In this document: piece after piece, positions 19,792 through 28,100 of the stretch
Layout of the letters: every line of letters starts with the position of its first letter
How positions within the stretch are numbered: position 1 is the first letter of the stretch
Assembly (NCBI GenBank): GCA_963976765.1
Contig: CAXBME010000001.1
Span: forward strand, 62,001-126,000
Length of the DNA stretch: 64,000 nt
Origin: an uncultured Planctomycetaceae bacterium
GTDB lineage: Bacteria; Planctomycetota; Planctomycetia; Planctomycetales; Planctomycetaceae
Reading direction: 5' to 3'
Notes under the pieces: model-generated
The model's database searches: none
Told to the model about the DNA's origin: nothing
The model's input: the letters and a program-made list of their open reading frames with translations, nothing else
Position numbers and translations under genes: made by a program

Positions 19792-21306
19792 ATGATCAGT
19801 TTATCGAGTATACGACCTGGCGGAACCAGACTATGGAGCATCGCTCTGGCGTTGCTCACCGTCTCAGCAGTCACGTTTGCCCCGACTACGGTCGCCCTCG
19901 CTCAGGGCGACACCGCACCAACTGAAGAGGTCTCCGCAGAAGCTCCGGTCGAAGACGCTGCACCGACTGAGGAAGAAGCTCCTGCTGAAGAGGAGGCCGC
20001 CCCAACTCTCGAAAGTCTAGCTGCTGCAGTGGCCGAAAACGGTGAGAACTCAAATATTCTCTGGACCTGCCTGGCAGCATTCCTGGTGTTCTTCATGCAG
20101 GCCGGCTTCGCCATGGTTGAAGCCGGTTTCACGCGAGCCAAAAACGCGTGCAACATTCTGATGAAGAATCTGATGGACTTCTCGATTGGCTCGCTGGCCT
20201 TCTGGGCACTCGGCTTCGGCATCATGTTCGGAGTCACCGACGGCTTCATCGGAACCAACCTGTTCTTCTTCGATGCGACCAGTGAATCAGCCGCCGCTGC
20301 CGAATTCTCTTCTGTCGGTTTCGGTTGGGCGTTCCTGATTTTCCAGACGGTGTTTGCAGCAACAGCCGCCACCATCGTCAGCGGTGCCATGGCTGAGCGA
20401 ACCAGATTTGTCGGCTACCTGGCTTACTCGATCGGAATCTGCGTCATTGTTTACCCGATCTTCGGCAGCTGGTGCTGGAACGGCCTTGTCGGTGGTACCG
20501 GAGCTGGCTGGTTGGAAGGCATGGGCTTCCTGGATTTTGCTGGTTCGACCGTCGTTCACTCGATCGGTGGCTGGGCCGCTCTAGCCGGTGCCATCGTCAT
20601 CGGAGCCCGCAAAGGTAAGTACAGCAAAGAAGGCAAGCCACAGCCAATCCCCGGACACAACATCCCGATGGCTGGTCTTGGCGTCTTCATCCTCTGGCTC
20701 GGCTGGTTCGGGTTTAACCCAGGCAGCACGACTGCTGTCGGAGCTGACATGGCTTACATTGCCGTTACGACAAACCTCTCGGCCTGTGCCGGAGCCGTCG
20801 CCGCAATGATCATGTCCTGGATTCTGTTCAAAAAGCCGGACACCAGCTTCGCTCTGAACGGTGCTCTCGCCGGACTCGTCGCGATCACGGCTGGCTGCGA
20901 CATCATGTCTCCAACCATGGCGGCCGTGACAGGTGCGATCGGTGGAGTTCTCGTCGTCTTCTCGTGCCTGTTCGTCGAAAAGATCGGTATTGACGATCCA
21001 GTTGGCGCCGTTTCGGTACATGGTGTTTGCGGAGCGTGGGGAACGCTGGCTATCGGCATCCTGTCCAGTGAAGCCAGCATGAGTCAGCTCGGCGTTCAGG
21101 CGATCGGTGTTGGAGCAGGATTCGCCTGGGCCTTCCCGGTCAGCTTCATCCTCTTCTCCGTGATCAAAGCCACGATTGGCCTGCGAGCTTCTGAAGAAGA
21201 AGAAACGGTCGGACTGGATATCAGCGAGCACGGCATGGCCGCTTATGGTGGCAACTCAATGCTGCCTGAGCCAACTCCCGCTACGGCTCCAACCGCGACT
21301 GTCTAA
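19792..21306 (+). CDS. amtB: Ammonium transporter AmtB with signal peptide and acidic N-terminal linker
   Basis: FFMQAGFAMVEAG, FQTVFAATAATIVSGAMAER, DFAGSTVVH, WFGFNPGS, DDPVGAVSVHG (twin His). Start at 19792 has a GAAAGG RBS and lies downstream of the sigma54 site. Confidence 0.97.
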   Translation: MISLSSIRPGGTRLWSIALALLTVSAVTFAPTTVALAQGDTAPTEEVSAEAPVEDAAPTEEEAPAEEEAAPTLESLAAAVAENGENSNILWTCLAAFLVFFMQAGFAMVEAGFTRAKNACNILMKNLMDFSIGSLAFWALGFGIMFGVTDGFIGTNLFFFDATSESAAAAEFSSVGFGWAFLIFQTVFAATAATIVSGAMAERTRFVGYLAYSIGICVIVYPIFGSWCWNGLVGGTGAGWLEGMGFLDFAGSTVVHSIGGWAALAGAIVIGARKGKYSKEGKPQPIPGHNIPMAGLGVFILWLGWFGFNPGSTTAVGADMAYIAVTTNLSACAGAVAAMIMSWILFKKPDTSFALNGALAGLVAITAGCDIMSPTMAAVTGAIGGVLVVFSCLFVEKIGIDDPVGAVSVHGVCGAWGTLAIGILSSEASMSQLGVQAIGVGAGFAWAFPVSFILFSVIKATIGLRASEEEETVGLDISEHGMAAYGGNSMLPEPTPATAPTATV

Positions 21307-21337
21307 CAGCAGGTTCGGTTTCGGTTCACGCGTTGTC

Positions 21338-21372
21338 AGGCAGCCTCGGAATTATTCCGGGGCTGCCTTTTT
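21338..21372 (+). terminator. Rho-independent terminator after amtB
   Basis: aggcagcctcggaa-tta-ttccggggctgcct stem followed by a T-tract. Confidence 0.85.
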
Positions 21373-21513
21373 GTTGGATTATCCGCGAGCTGCTTCACTC
21401 GACGAATTGGGAACTCTTTGAGCCTCATTTACAAAGATGTCCATTCTTCAGGAAAGCGTCCAGCGAAGTCGGTGCGTCAGGACGCCCTCTGCGAATCAGG
21501 GCAGGTGACGAGT

Positions 21514-22509
21514 TCACTGGATCGTCTGGTGACGATGGAGCACCGCGTGGATCAACGCCTCGCCGTAGAAACGCCAGAGGAGTTCGTCGGGCTGAGTGGC
21601 GGCGTTGCCGGGGAGTTCGAAGGTGATGGTGGGAATGCCGAGGGTGACACCGGCATAGCTTCCCAGGGAGCCGGGGCGGCTGCCCAGTTTCTTGACAGGG
21701 AGCGGACAGAAGTTGCTCATCGCGGTGGCCAGTTCGGTTGCCGGACCGTCGTAGTCGACACACTGCAACGGCTCGTGCAGCGTGACGATGTGACTCGGGA
21801 GGGTGTCGTTGATGACCTGGTAGATGGCGAGAGCTTCCGGCTCCGACAGAGCGTTCAGACCGTAGCGGCTGGAGTTCTGGCGGTTCTCAGCCGGGAAGTT
21901 TCGGTTCAGGTCAACGCCTCGCGCGTTGTAACGCTGCCGGCTTTCGACGCCGTCGGGATTAACTGCCGGCAGCAGCACAAGGGTCACTCCAGCCAGTAGA
22001 TCGGAATTCTCGGCGACGTGCTCCGCGAGGCGGTTCAACAGGGGAGTGCCCGCCGCTTCGTTTCCGTGAATCGACGCCATCATCAGCACGACATACTCGC
22101 CGTCGCCGATCCTGCGGCAAACGATCGGTCGGCCTTCAACGGAATGGCCAACGACTGTCTCGATTAACGAAACCCCTGGAGCGATCGGTTTTGAATTGTC
22201 GACGACAGGTCTGGCTGGTTCGCTCTCGTCTGGCGAAATATCAGTTGGGTGGCCCGTCCGGAACGGAGGGATTCCGGAGTGGGAGGATGTTTTACCATCC
22301 GTGTCCGATTTTGATTGGACGGTTGAACGAGCACTGCTGACTGAGGATGAAGCTTCTTGTGCCTTTGGCACCCACCCACGAGTCGGTGGGCCACTCATCG
22401 TGAAAAGAAAGGCGGCGACGGCACTCAAAGAAACACTTACAGTTAGCAGAGCTACTGATCCCGGACGACCTTCCGTAACCTGATGCCTCACGAATTGTCG
22501 ATCGCTCAC
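21514..22509 (-). CDS. M14 zinc carboxypeptidase, MpaA (murein peptide amidase A)-like, with N-terminal hydrophobic anchor
   Basis: SIHGNE (HxxE), NPDG, RYNARGVDLNRNF, TLHE, PGSLGSYAG, TITFELP; overlaps the gcvT stop by 4 nt. Confidence 0.82.
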   Translation of the reverse strand: MSDRQFVRHQVTEGRPGSVALLTVSVSLSAVAAFLFTMSGPPTRGWVPKAQEASSSVSSARSTVQSKSDTDGKTSSHSGIPPFRTGHPTDISPDESEPARPVVDNSKPIAPGVSLIETVVGHSVEGRPIVCRRIGDGEYVVLMMASIHGNEAAGTPLLNRLAEHVAENSDLLAGVTLVLLPAVNPDGVESRQRYNARGVDLNRNFPAENRQNSSRYGLNALSEPEALAIYQVINDTLPSHIVTLHEPLQCVDYDGPATELATAMSNFCPLPVKKLGSRPGSLGSYAGVTLGIPTITFELPGNAATQPDELLWRFYGEALIHAVLHRHQTIQ

Positions 22510-23609
22510 TGCTTCGCCCGCTTATAGAAAGGCAGGTTGACAACTTTTGCCGAGTGGCATTTTCCGCGGATGTCGATCTCGACCTCGGTTCCGATTTCCG
22601 AAACCGCTGCGTCGATGTAACCCATCGCGATGGCTTTCTGAAGCGTTGGTGAGAATGTTCCCGACGTCACTTCACCGACTGACTGATCGCCTGAGAGAAT
22701 TCCAGCCCCTTCACGGGCGATGCGTTTTCCTTCAAGTTTCAGGCCGACTCGAACTTTCCCGGTGGGTGAAGCGGAAATCTTTTTCAAGGCGTCGCTGCCA
22801 ATGAAGTCGGCGGCGTCCAGTTTGACCGCAAAACTTAGCCCGGCGGTCAGCGGGTCGGTGTTTTCGTTCAACTCGTGTCCGTACAGAGGCATGGCCGCTT
22901 CCAGCCGCAGCGTGTCGCGACAGCCAAGTCCGCAGGCTTGAACGCCGAGTTGCTCACCCGCTTCGAGAAGCTGATTCCAGAGTTGCGTTCCGAGTTCGGA
23001 CGGCACGATCAACTCGAATCCGTCTTCGCCCGTGTAACCCGTTCGACTGACCAGAGCGTCCATTCCCGCGACCGTCATCGGCGATACCGAGTAGTAACGG
23101 TGTCCCGCTGCGTCATTCGCGCCAAGAGCTGCCAGAATCTCGACGGCCTTCGGCCCCTGCACGGCAATCATCGCATGAGAGAAAGTCTGATCTTCAAAGT
23201 CGACAGCAAACTTCGAGATGTGCTGGTCGATCCAGTCGACGATTTTTGTCCGGTTCGACGCATTGACCACCAGCATGTAGCAGTCTGGCAGCCGATAGAC
23301 GAGCACATCGTCGAGCACTCCGCCGTTTTCGTTACACACCAGCGAGTAACGCACCTGACCAGTCTTGAGCTTCGACACGTCGTTGGTCAGCAAATAATCA
23401 AGGAACGCACAAGCGTCGTCGCCGGAGAATCGCAGTCTCCCCATGTGAGAAATATCGAACAGGCCCGCCGCGTTCCGCACGAGGTTGTGCTCTTCGACGA
23501 TCGTCGAATACTGGACCGGCATGTGCCAGCCGCCGAACTCAACCATCCGTCCACCGTTGGCTGCGTGCCAATCGTGAAATGGCGTTTGAAGCAATTCCGT
23601 GTCGCTCAT
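22506..23609 (-). CDS. gcvT: Glycine cleavage system aminomethyltransferase T
   Basis: MVEFGGWHMPVQY, GLFDISHMG, SRTGYTGEDGFE, GLGCRDTLRLEA, GEVTSGTFSP; AGGAG RBS before ATG 23609. Confidence 0.97.
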   Translation of the reverse strand: MSDTELLQTPFHDWHAANGGRMVEFGGWHMPVQYSTIVEEHNLVRNAAGLFDISHMGRLRFSGDDACAFLDYLLTNDVSKLKTGQVRYSLVCNENGGVLDDVLVYRLPDCYMLVVNASNRTKIVDWIDQHISKFAVDFEDQTFSHAMIAVQGPKAVEILAALGANDAAGHRYYSVSPMTVAGMDALVSRTGYTGEDGFELIVPSELGTQLWNQLLEAGEQLGVQACGLGCRDTLRLEAAMPLYGHELNENTDPLTAGLSFAVKLDAADFIGSDALKKISASPTGKVRVGLKLEGKRIAREGAGILSGDQSVGEVTSGTFSPTLQKAIAMGYIDAAVSEIGTEVEIDIRGKCHSAKVVNLPFYKRAKQ

Positions 23610-23727
23610 CGAGATCTCCTGTCTGGTAGGGCCAGTTGGGATCATAGCAGCGACATTCGGATCGTGTGAGCGGGCGAGGGGCTCAACACGACAAAGAGAT
23701 TGCCTGTTGCTGACAGAGTGGTCGGCT

Positions 23728-24327
23728 TCAGACAAACAGTTCAGAAATCCTGACTTTCCAACCGGGAAGAAGCAGCTCGGCTGTCAATTTTTCTTCAGAA
23801 CTCAGCACGCGGATTTCTGAAACGCCCCGGTACTCTGTAACGTGAGCCTGTGCCGGGTCAACAACCCAGACGATCTGCGAACCTGCTTCCAGCCAGCTCA
23901 AAGCTTTGTGTTCGGTGTCTGAAAAGCGGTCATTAGGCGAGACGACTTCAGCAACGATGTCCGGAGCGCCCGGCCAGTAACCGTCGACAGGTCCGACTTC
24001 ATCGAGCCTGGCCTGGCTCACGAAAGCAACGTCCGGTGCCCGGACTGTGTCAGGATTCTGCTGAATCAGAAAACCAGTTTCCGCAGCATAGACGGCTCCG
24101 AGTTTGTGGTCTCGGACATGTGGGCCGATCAGGCACAGTAGTGCTGCGGCGATCTTTCCGTGTTTATTCCCGGCAGGTGACATGGCCCGAACTTCTCCCT
24201 CGACCAATTCGTATCGCAAACCGTCGTTCGAAAGCTTCAGCAGGTCAGCCGCCGTCACGACTTCACCCGGTGCTGCTGAGGCCTCGGACTCGTGCGTCGT
24301 TGATTCAGGTGTGACGGAGGTTGACAT
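23728..24327 (-). CDS. Uma2 family (DUF820) PD-(D/E)xK endonuclease-like protein
   Basis: RYELVEGEV..MSP...HG, TVRAPDVAFV, APDIVAEVVSPND, VWVVDP, LLPGW. Confidence 0.92.
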   Translation of the reverse strand: MSTSVTPESTTHESEASAAPGEVVTAADLLKLSNDGLRYELVEGEVRAMSPAGNKHGKIAAALLCLIGPHVRDHKLGAVYAAETGFLIQQNPDTVRAPDVAFVSQARLDEVGPVDGYWPGAPDIVAEVVSPNDRFSDTEHKALSWLEAGSQIVWVVDPAQAHVTEYRGVSEIRVLSSEEKLTAELLLPGWKVRISELFV

Positions 24328-24493
24328 TCGAAACCCTTGAGTTTGCTGACTTCGTCTGGGCGCAACCGTTCGGTCAAAACAGGATGAGAAGATGAGAAAC
24401 AGTGTGAAGCTGGCGGTGTTCTTTGGTCAAGCTGATTAAAGAACTGTTTTACGAGTCGATATCTATTTCGGCAGGTTGAACGGCGATTCGACT

Positions 24494-25123
24494 TCAGTCG
24501 ATCGGCTTTCCGTCGAAGCCTTTTGGTTTGCCTTCTCCCGGCTTTTCTTCGAACCGCAACGAGGCTGAATTCATACAGTAACGAAGTCCCGTCGGCTGAG
24601 GACCGTCTTCGAAAACGTGTCCCAGGTGCGCGTCGCAGCGTTTGCAGAGGACTTCGGTGCGAACACTGAAGAAAGAACGATCTTCTTCCTCACGAACAAC
24701 TTCGCCAGCGACTGGCTTGAAGAAGCTCGGCCAGCCGGTGCCCGATTTGTATTTCGTACCTGACGAAAAAAGCAGTTCATCGCAGCAACGGCAGCGGTAC
24801 AAGCCTTCTTTTTTGTTGTCCCAGTACGCGTTAGTGAACGATCGCTCGGTCCCTTTCTGCCGAGTGACATAGAACTGTTCTTCGGTCAGGATCGCTTTCC
24901 ACTCGGCATCGGTTTTTGGTTTCCACGGCTCACTGGATTCTTCAGATCTGGCCAGTTCTGCTTCGCCTGGGGGGCCTTCGTCCAGAACATCTGACGCAAC
25001 GGCTGGCGCCGTCGAGGCAACCTGATCTTGCTCAGAAGGAACGGAACTGTTCACATTCCGCTGACTGTCGGCGCAGCCCGAAATAACAAGAAGCAGACTT
25101 AACAGCGAAACGAGCTTAACCAT
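24494..25123 (-). CDS. msrB: Peptide-methionine (R)-S-oxide reductase MsrB, predicted lipoprotein
   Basis: [46 protein letters not shown]-terminal lipobox LVISGC. Confidence 0.95.
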   Translation of the reverse strand: MVKLVSLLSLLLVISGCADSQRNVNSSVPSEQDQVASTAPAVASDVLDEGPPGEAELARSEESSEPWKPKTDAEWKAILTEEQFYVTRQKGTERSFTNAYWDNKKEGLYRCRCCDELLFSSGTKYKSGTGWPSFFKPVAGEVVREEEDRSFFSVRTEVLCKRCDAHLGHVFEDGPQPTGLRYCMNSASLRFEEKPGEGKPKGFDGKPID

Positions 25124-25354
25124 CGAAACATCCTCACACGCAGATTTCTAAAGTGGATCAGAGATGGCTTGTCGTTGCAGCTCGCCATCGCCGTGACACA
25201 TTCTAAGAACTACGACAAACTTTCTCATGTGGATAGACGGGCCTGGAGTTTCTGATCACTGATCCGGCATTCGAAGTCTGGCTCGAAAGCAGAATCGAAA
25301 GCAACTGTTTCTGAATATCTGAATAAACGACACGGCGAATGGAGTCCCGCGGAA

Positions 25355-26119
25355 GTGCAACTGCTTGATCACATTTACCAGTCCAGGCGACGGCTGCCCG
25401 AAATCAAAGCGGACGTCAGCCGGATCTATTCCAGCCTGCTCGCCGAATCCGAGACAATCAGAGAAGCCAATTTCCGGGCGATACGCAGCCAGGATCTGGA
25501 GCTCCTCTTCGCAAAGTATGACGAGACGTTTTTCGATGGGCTTCTCTACGAAACGATTCAGAGATCCGGGGCACCGATTTCGTTTCGCATTTCCAAGAGG
25601 ATGACAAAAGTCGGCGGCACGACAACAAAGTATCGAACGGCGCGAGGTCCTGGGCCTCGATCGTCGTACGAAATCGCGATCTCATCAACGCTGCTCTTTT
25701 CGACGTTTTATGACATCGATCGACCGGTCAACGTCACGGGGGTCGAATGTCGAGACCGCATCGAGTGTCTCCAGCGAATCTTCGAGCACGAACTCATTCA
25801 TCTGACCGAGATGCTGATCTGGGATGATTCGAGTTGCTCGCGGCAACGGTTTCAGTCGCTGGCATTTCGTTTTTTTTCACACACAGAGGCGACGCACCAG
25901 TTGATCACTCCTGGTGAAAGAGCCAGCGAGAAATTCGGAATTCGCACTGGCGACAAGGTGCGTTTCCGAGTTGACGGGGCCAGCTATGAAGGTTTCGTCA
26001 ACCGGATTACTAAACGAGCCACCGTTCTGGTCGAAGACGACAGCAGTCCACTTTACTCCGACGGAAAACGCTACGCGAAATACTACGTGCCAATTTCGCA
26101 GCTGGAACCTGCGGGTTAG
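25355..26119 (+). CDS. SprT-like zinc metalloprotease with C-terminal SH3/KOW-like domain
   Basis: SKRMTKVGG, IFEHELIH (HExxH), C-terminal GDKVRF...GFVNRITKRATVLV. Confidence 0.75.
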   Translation: MQLLDHIYQSRRRLPEIKADVSRIYSSLLAESETIREANFRAIRSQDLELLFAKYDETFFDGLLYETIQRSGAPISFRISKRMTKVGGTTTKYRTARGPGPRSSYEIAISSTLLFSTFYDIDRPVNVTGVECRDRIECLQRIFEHELIHLTEMLIWDDSSCSRQRFQSLAFRFFSHTEATHQLITPGERASEKFGIRTGDKVRFRVDGASYEGFVNRITKRATVLVEDDSSPLYSDGKRYAKYYVPISQLEPAG

Positions 26120-26465
26120 CAGCGTGCTGTTTTGAGTAATGCAAAGCCTGTTAGCTCGCCCGGAATCGGCACCGTCGGACAGCCCCCGCCTGCGTTTTCC
26201 GGCATGACAGGTGATGCGGTTTGCATATTCGGATGTGGATTTCCAGCGAGCACCGTCGCCGACGCCATGATCCGGATTCATTGCCTCGCGATATGGTATC
26301 TTTGCCGGTTGCGACATTTCGCGGCGCCGACGCCATGCTGACTCGGTACAACCGTTGTAATCCGATTCGTGCGAGCTTTATGGCAAGCGTCTAATGAAAC
26401 TTTGCGTTTGGCTTGAAATTATCCTGCGTCTGGCAGCGCCAGCGAACTTCGTCTGGGATACCTCC

Positions 26466-27167
26466 ATGTTTGCCCTGGAACTAACCGCTGATTCGGTCGC
26501 CGTTGTTGGTTTGCTCGATAGTCTTTCCGGACTGTCGACGCTGCTGATCGTCGGCCTGTTCGCGATGCACCTGTTCGCGTTTTTTGTCCTGTGGATCTGG
26601 TGGCGGCGGGATCTGCGGGCCATTGCTTCCTCACTGGACGAGTTCACTCGCGGAATACGCCAGCGCAGCCTGATGGACAGCAGTGCTCATCTTTCTGAAC
26701 AGGTCGACGCCTTCCTCGCCGACGTTAAGGAGTCGCTGGAAGGCAGTGGCAATTCGCAGGACAGGCACCTGCTTTATCATCGGATGGCGATTCTCGACGA
26801 GAAGCGACGGTACCTCAGTTCGATGTTTTTCGAGACGAGCTACAACATCTGCCGGACTATGATCGAGGCTTACCCTCTGCTTGGCGTGCTGGGAACAATT
26901 CTCGCTATCGGAGCCGCTTTGCAAACCGGCGACGGCGCCAGCGCGTCAGCATCGGTCGGAGTTATTGTCAGTCGATTCGGAGACGCCATCTGGTCGACTT
27001 TTGCAGGGCTGACCGCAGCTGTTCTGCTGATGTTTCTGAACAGTGCGCTGGAGCCTCGATTTCAGAGGCTCGCTGAAAACCGCACCAACGTTCGCAAGAC
27101 CGTCGCTCACGCGAAACGTGAACTGGCGATCGGAACCAGCAACGTTCCAGCGGGGACTGCGTCGTGA
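26466..27167 (+). CDS. MotA/TolQ/ExbB proton-channel family protein
   Basis: Three TM segments; EAYPLLGVLGTI and FGDAIWSTFAGL match the ExbB/TolQ TM2 and TM3 motifs. Start could be 26394. Confidence 0.85.
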   Translation: MFALELTADSVAVVGLLDSLSGLSTLLIVGLFAMHLFAFFVLWIWWRRDLRAIASSLDEFTRGIRQRSLMDSSAHLSEQVDAFLADVKESLEGSGNSQDRHLLYHRMAILDEKRRYLSSMFFETSYNICRTMIEAYPLLGVLGTILAIGAALQTGDGASASASVGVIVSRFGDAIWSTFAGLTAAVLLMFLNSALEPRFQRLAENRTNVRKTVAHAKRELAIGTSNVPAGTAS

Positions 27168-28009
27168 AATCCCGTCGCCTGACATTTCAGCTGACGCCGT
27201 TGCTCGATCTGTTGCTGATCGTGATCTTCGCACAGTTTCTCGACGTGCGCGACACGACAACCGAACGGGAACAGTCGGCAACGACTCAATTATCAGCCGC
27301 TCAGGAGGAACTGGCCGGTACGCAGGATCAACTGACAAGGATTCTGGCTGAGAAAAACGAAGCCGAAGCCGATCGTGAATTCCTTCGTCAGTCTCTGCAG
27401 GAGTTGAAGGATGCGACGTCGGGCTTGGAAATTGAACGCCGGTCGCTCGAAGAATCACTGAAGCGAGCTCACGAGCAGCGCGACACGATCGCCAACCTGG
27501 TCGCCGCTTTGTTCGATCTTCCGGACGAAACGATCAACGAGCTGATCCGAACCCGCACGCCGGAAAACGTTCGCCTGACTCCCGAACAGGTGAAACGCCT
27601 GCGAGAGGAATTCAAATCGTTTTCGAAGCAGAACCCCGGCGAGTCCGTCCGGCACCTGCTCACCTTCGAAGAGATGCGCAAGCGGTGCGACATCTGGGAA
27701 CTCTACATCAACGACACCGGCAAAACGGTGTTTTCCGGCAGCGGCCAGTCTCACACCTTCCGAGCGGAAACGGCCGAAGAGTTCTCCGACGAACTTTACG
27801 AGCGATATAAGACTCTGCCGCAACCCAAAAGTCTGGTGATCATCCTGCTCTCCTATGGTGACGTTAAAGCGTCGGTCTTCGAAGCAGCGATTGATGGTCT
27901 GCCGGTTGTCGCCGAGCGAATGCGAACCGACCAGAGTGGACGCTCGCGTTTCGAGTATGCAGTCCTCGGTTTCAACCCGACGCCGCCCGTCGTGCCAACC
28001 GTGAACTAA
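27164..28009 (+). CDS. ExbD/TolR-like membrane anchor fused to a coiled coil and an unknown C-terminal domain
   Basis: QLTPLLDLLLIVIF carries the conserved TM Asp of ExbD/TolR/MotB; 4-nt overlap with the upstream ExbB-like gene; heptad-rich middle. Confidence 0.75.
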   Translation: MKSRRLTFQLTPLLDLLLIVIFAQFLDVRDTTTEREQSATTQLSAAQEELAGTQDQLTRILAEKNEAEADREFLRQSLQELKDATSGLEIERRSLEESLKRAHEQRDTIANLVAALFDLPDETINELIRTRTPENVRLTPEQVKRLREEFKSFSKQNPGESVRHLLTFEEMRKRCDIWELYINDTGKTVFSGSGQSHTFRAETAEEFSDELYERYKTLPQPKSLVIILLSYGDVKASVFEAAIDGLPVVAERMRTDQSGRSRFEYAVLGFNPTPPVVPTVN

Positions 28010-28100
28010 GTCAGGCTCTGGCTGATGACGTCCCCGTCCCGGGTAATACCCTGCAGCCTGCTGTTCATCGTCGATTCAAGTCTCAACACTTTGAGCTGGT

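Noticed and set aside
23610..23727. Glycine riboswitch upstream of gcvT
   Set aside because: Only a simple hairpin is present; the conserved GGAGA / CCGAAG / CUCUCAGG aptamer elements are absent.
26466..28009. Zorya (ZorAB) defence system call
   Set aside because: The A subunit lacks the long cytoplasmic tail, the B subunit shows no OmpA-like motif, and no zorC/D/E genes are adjacent; kept only as an atypical motor.
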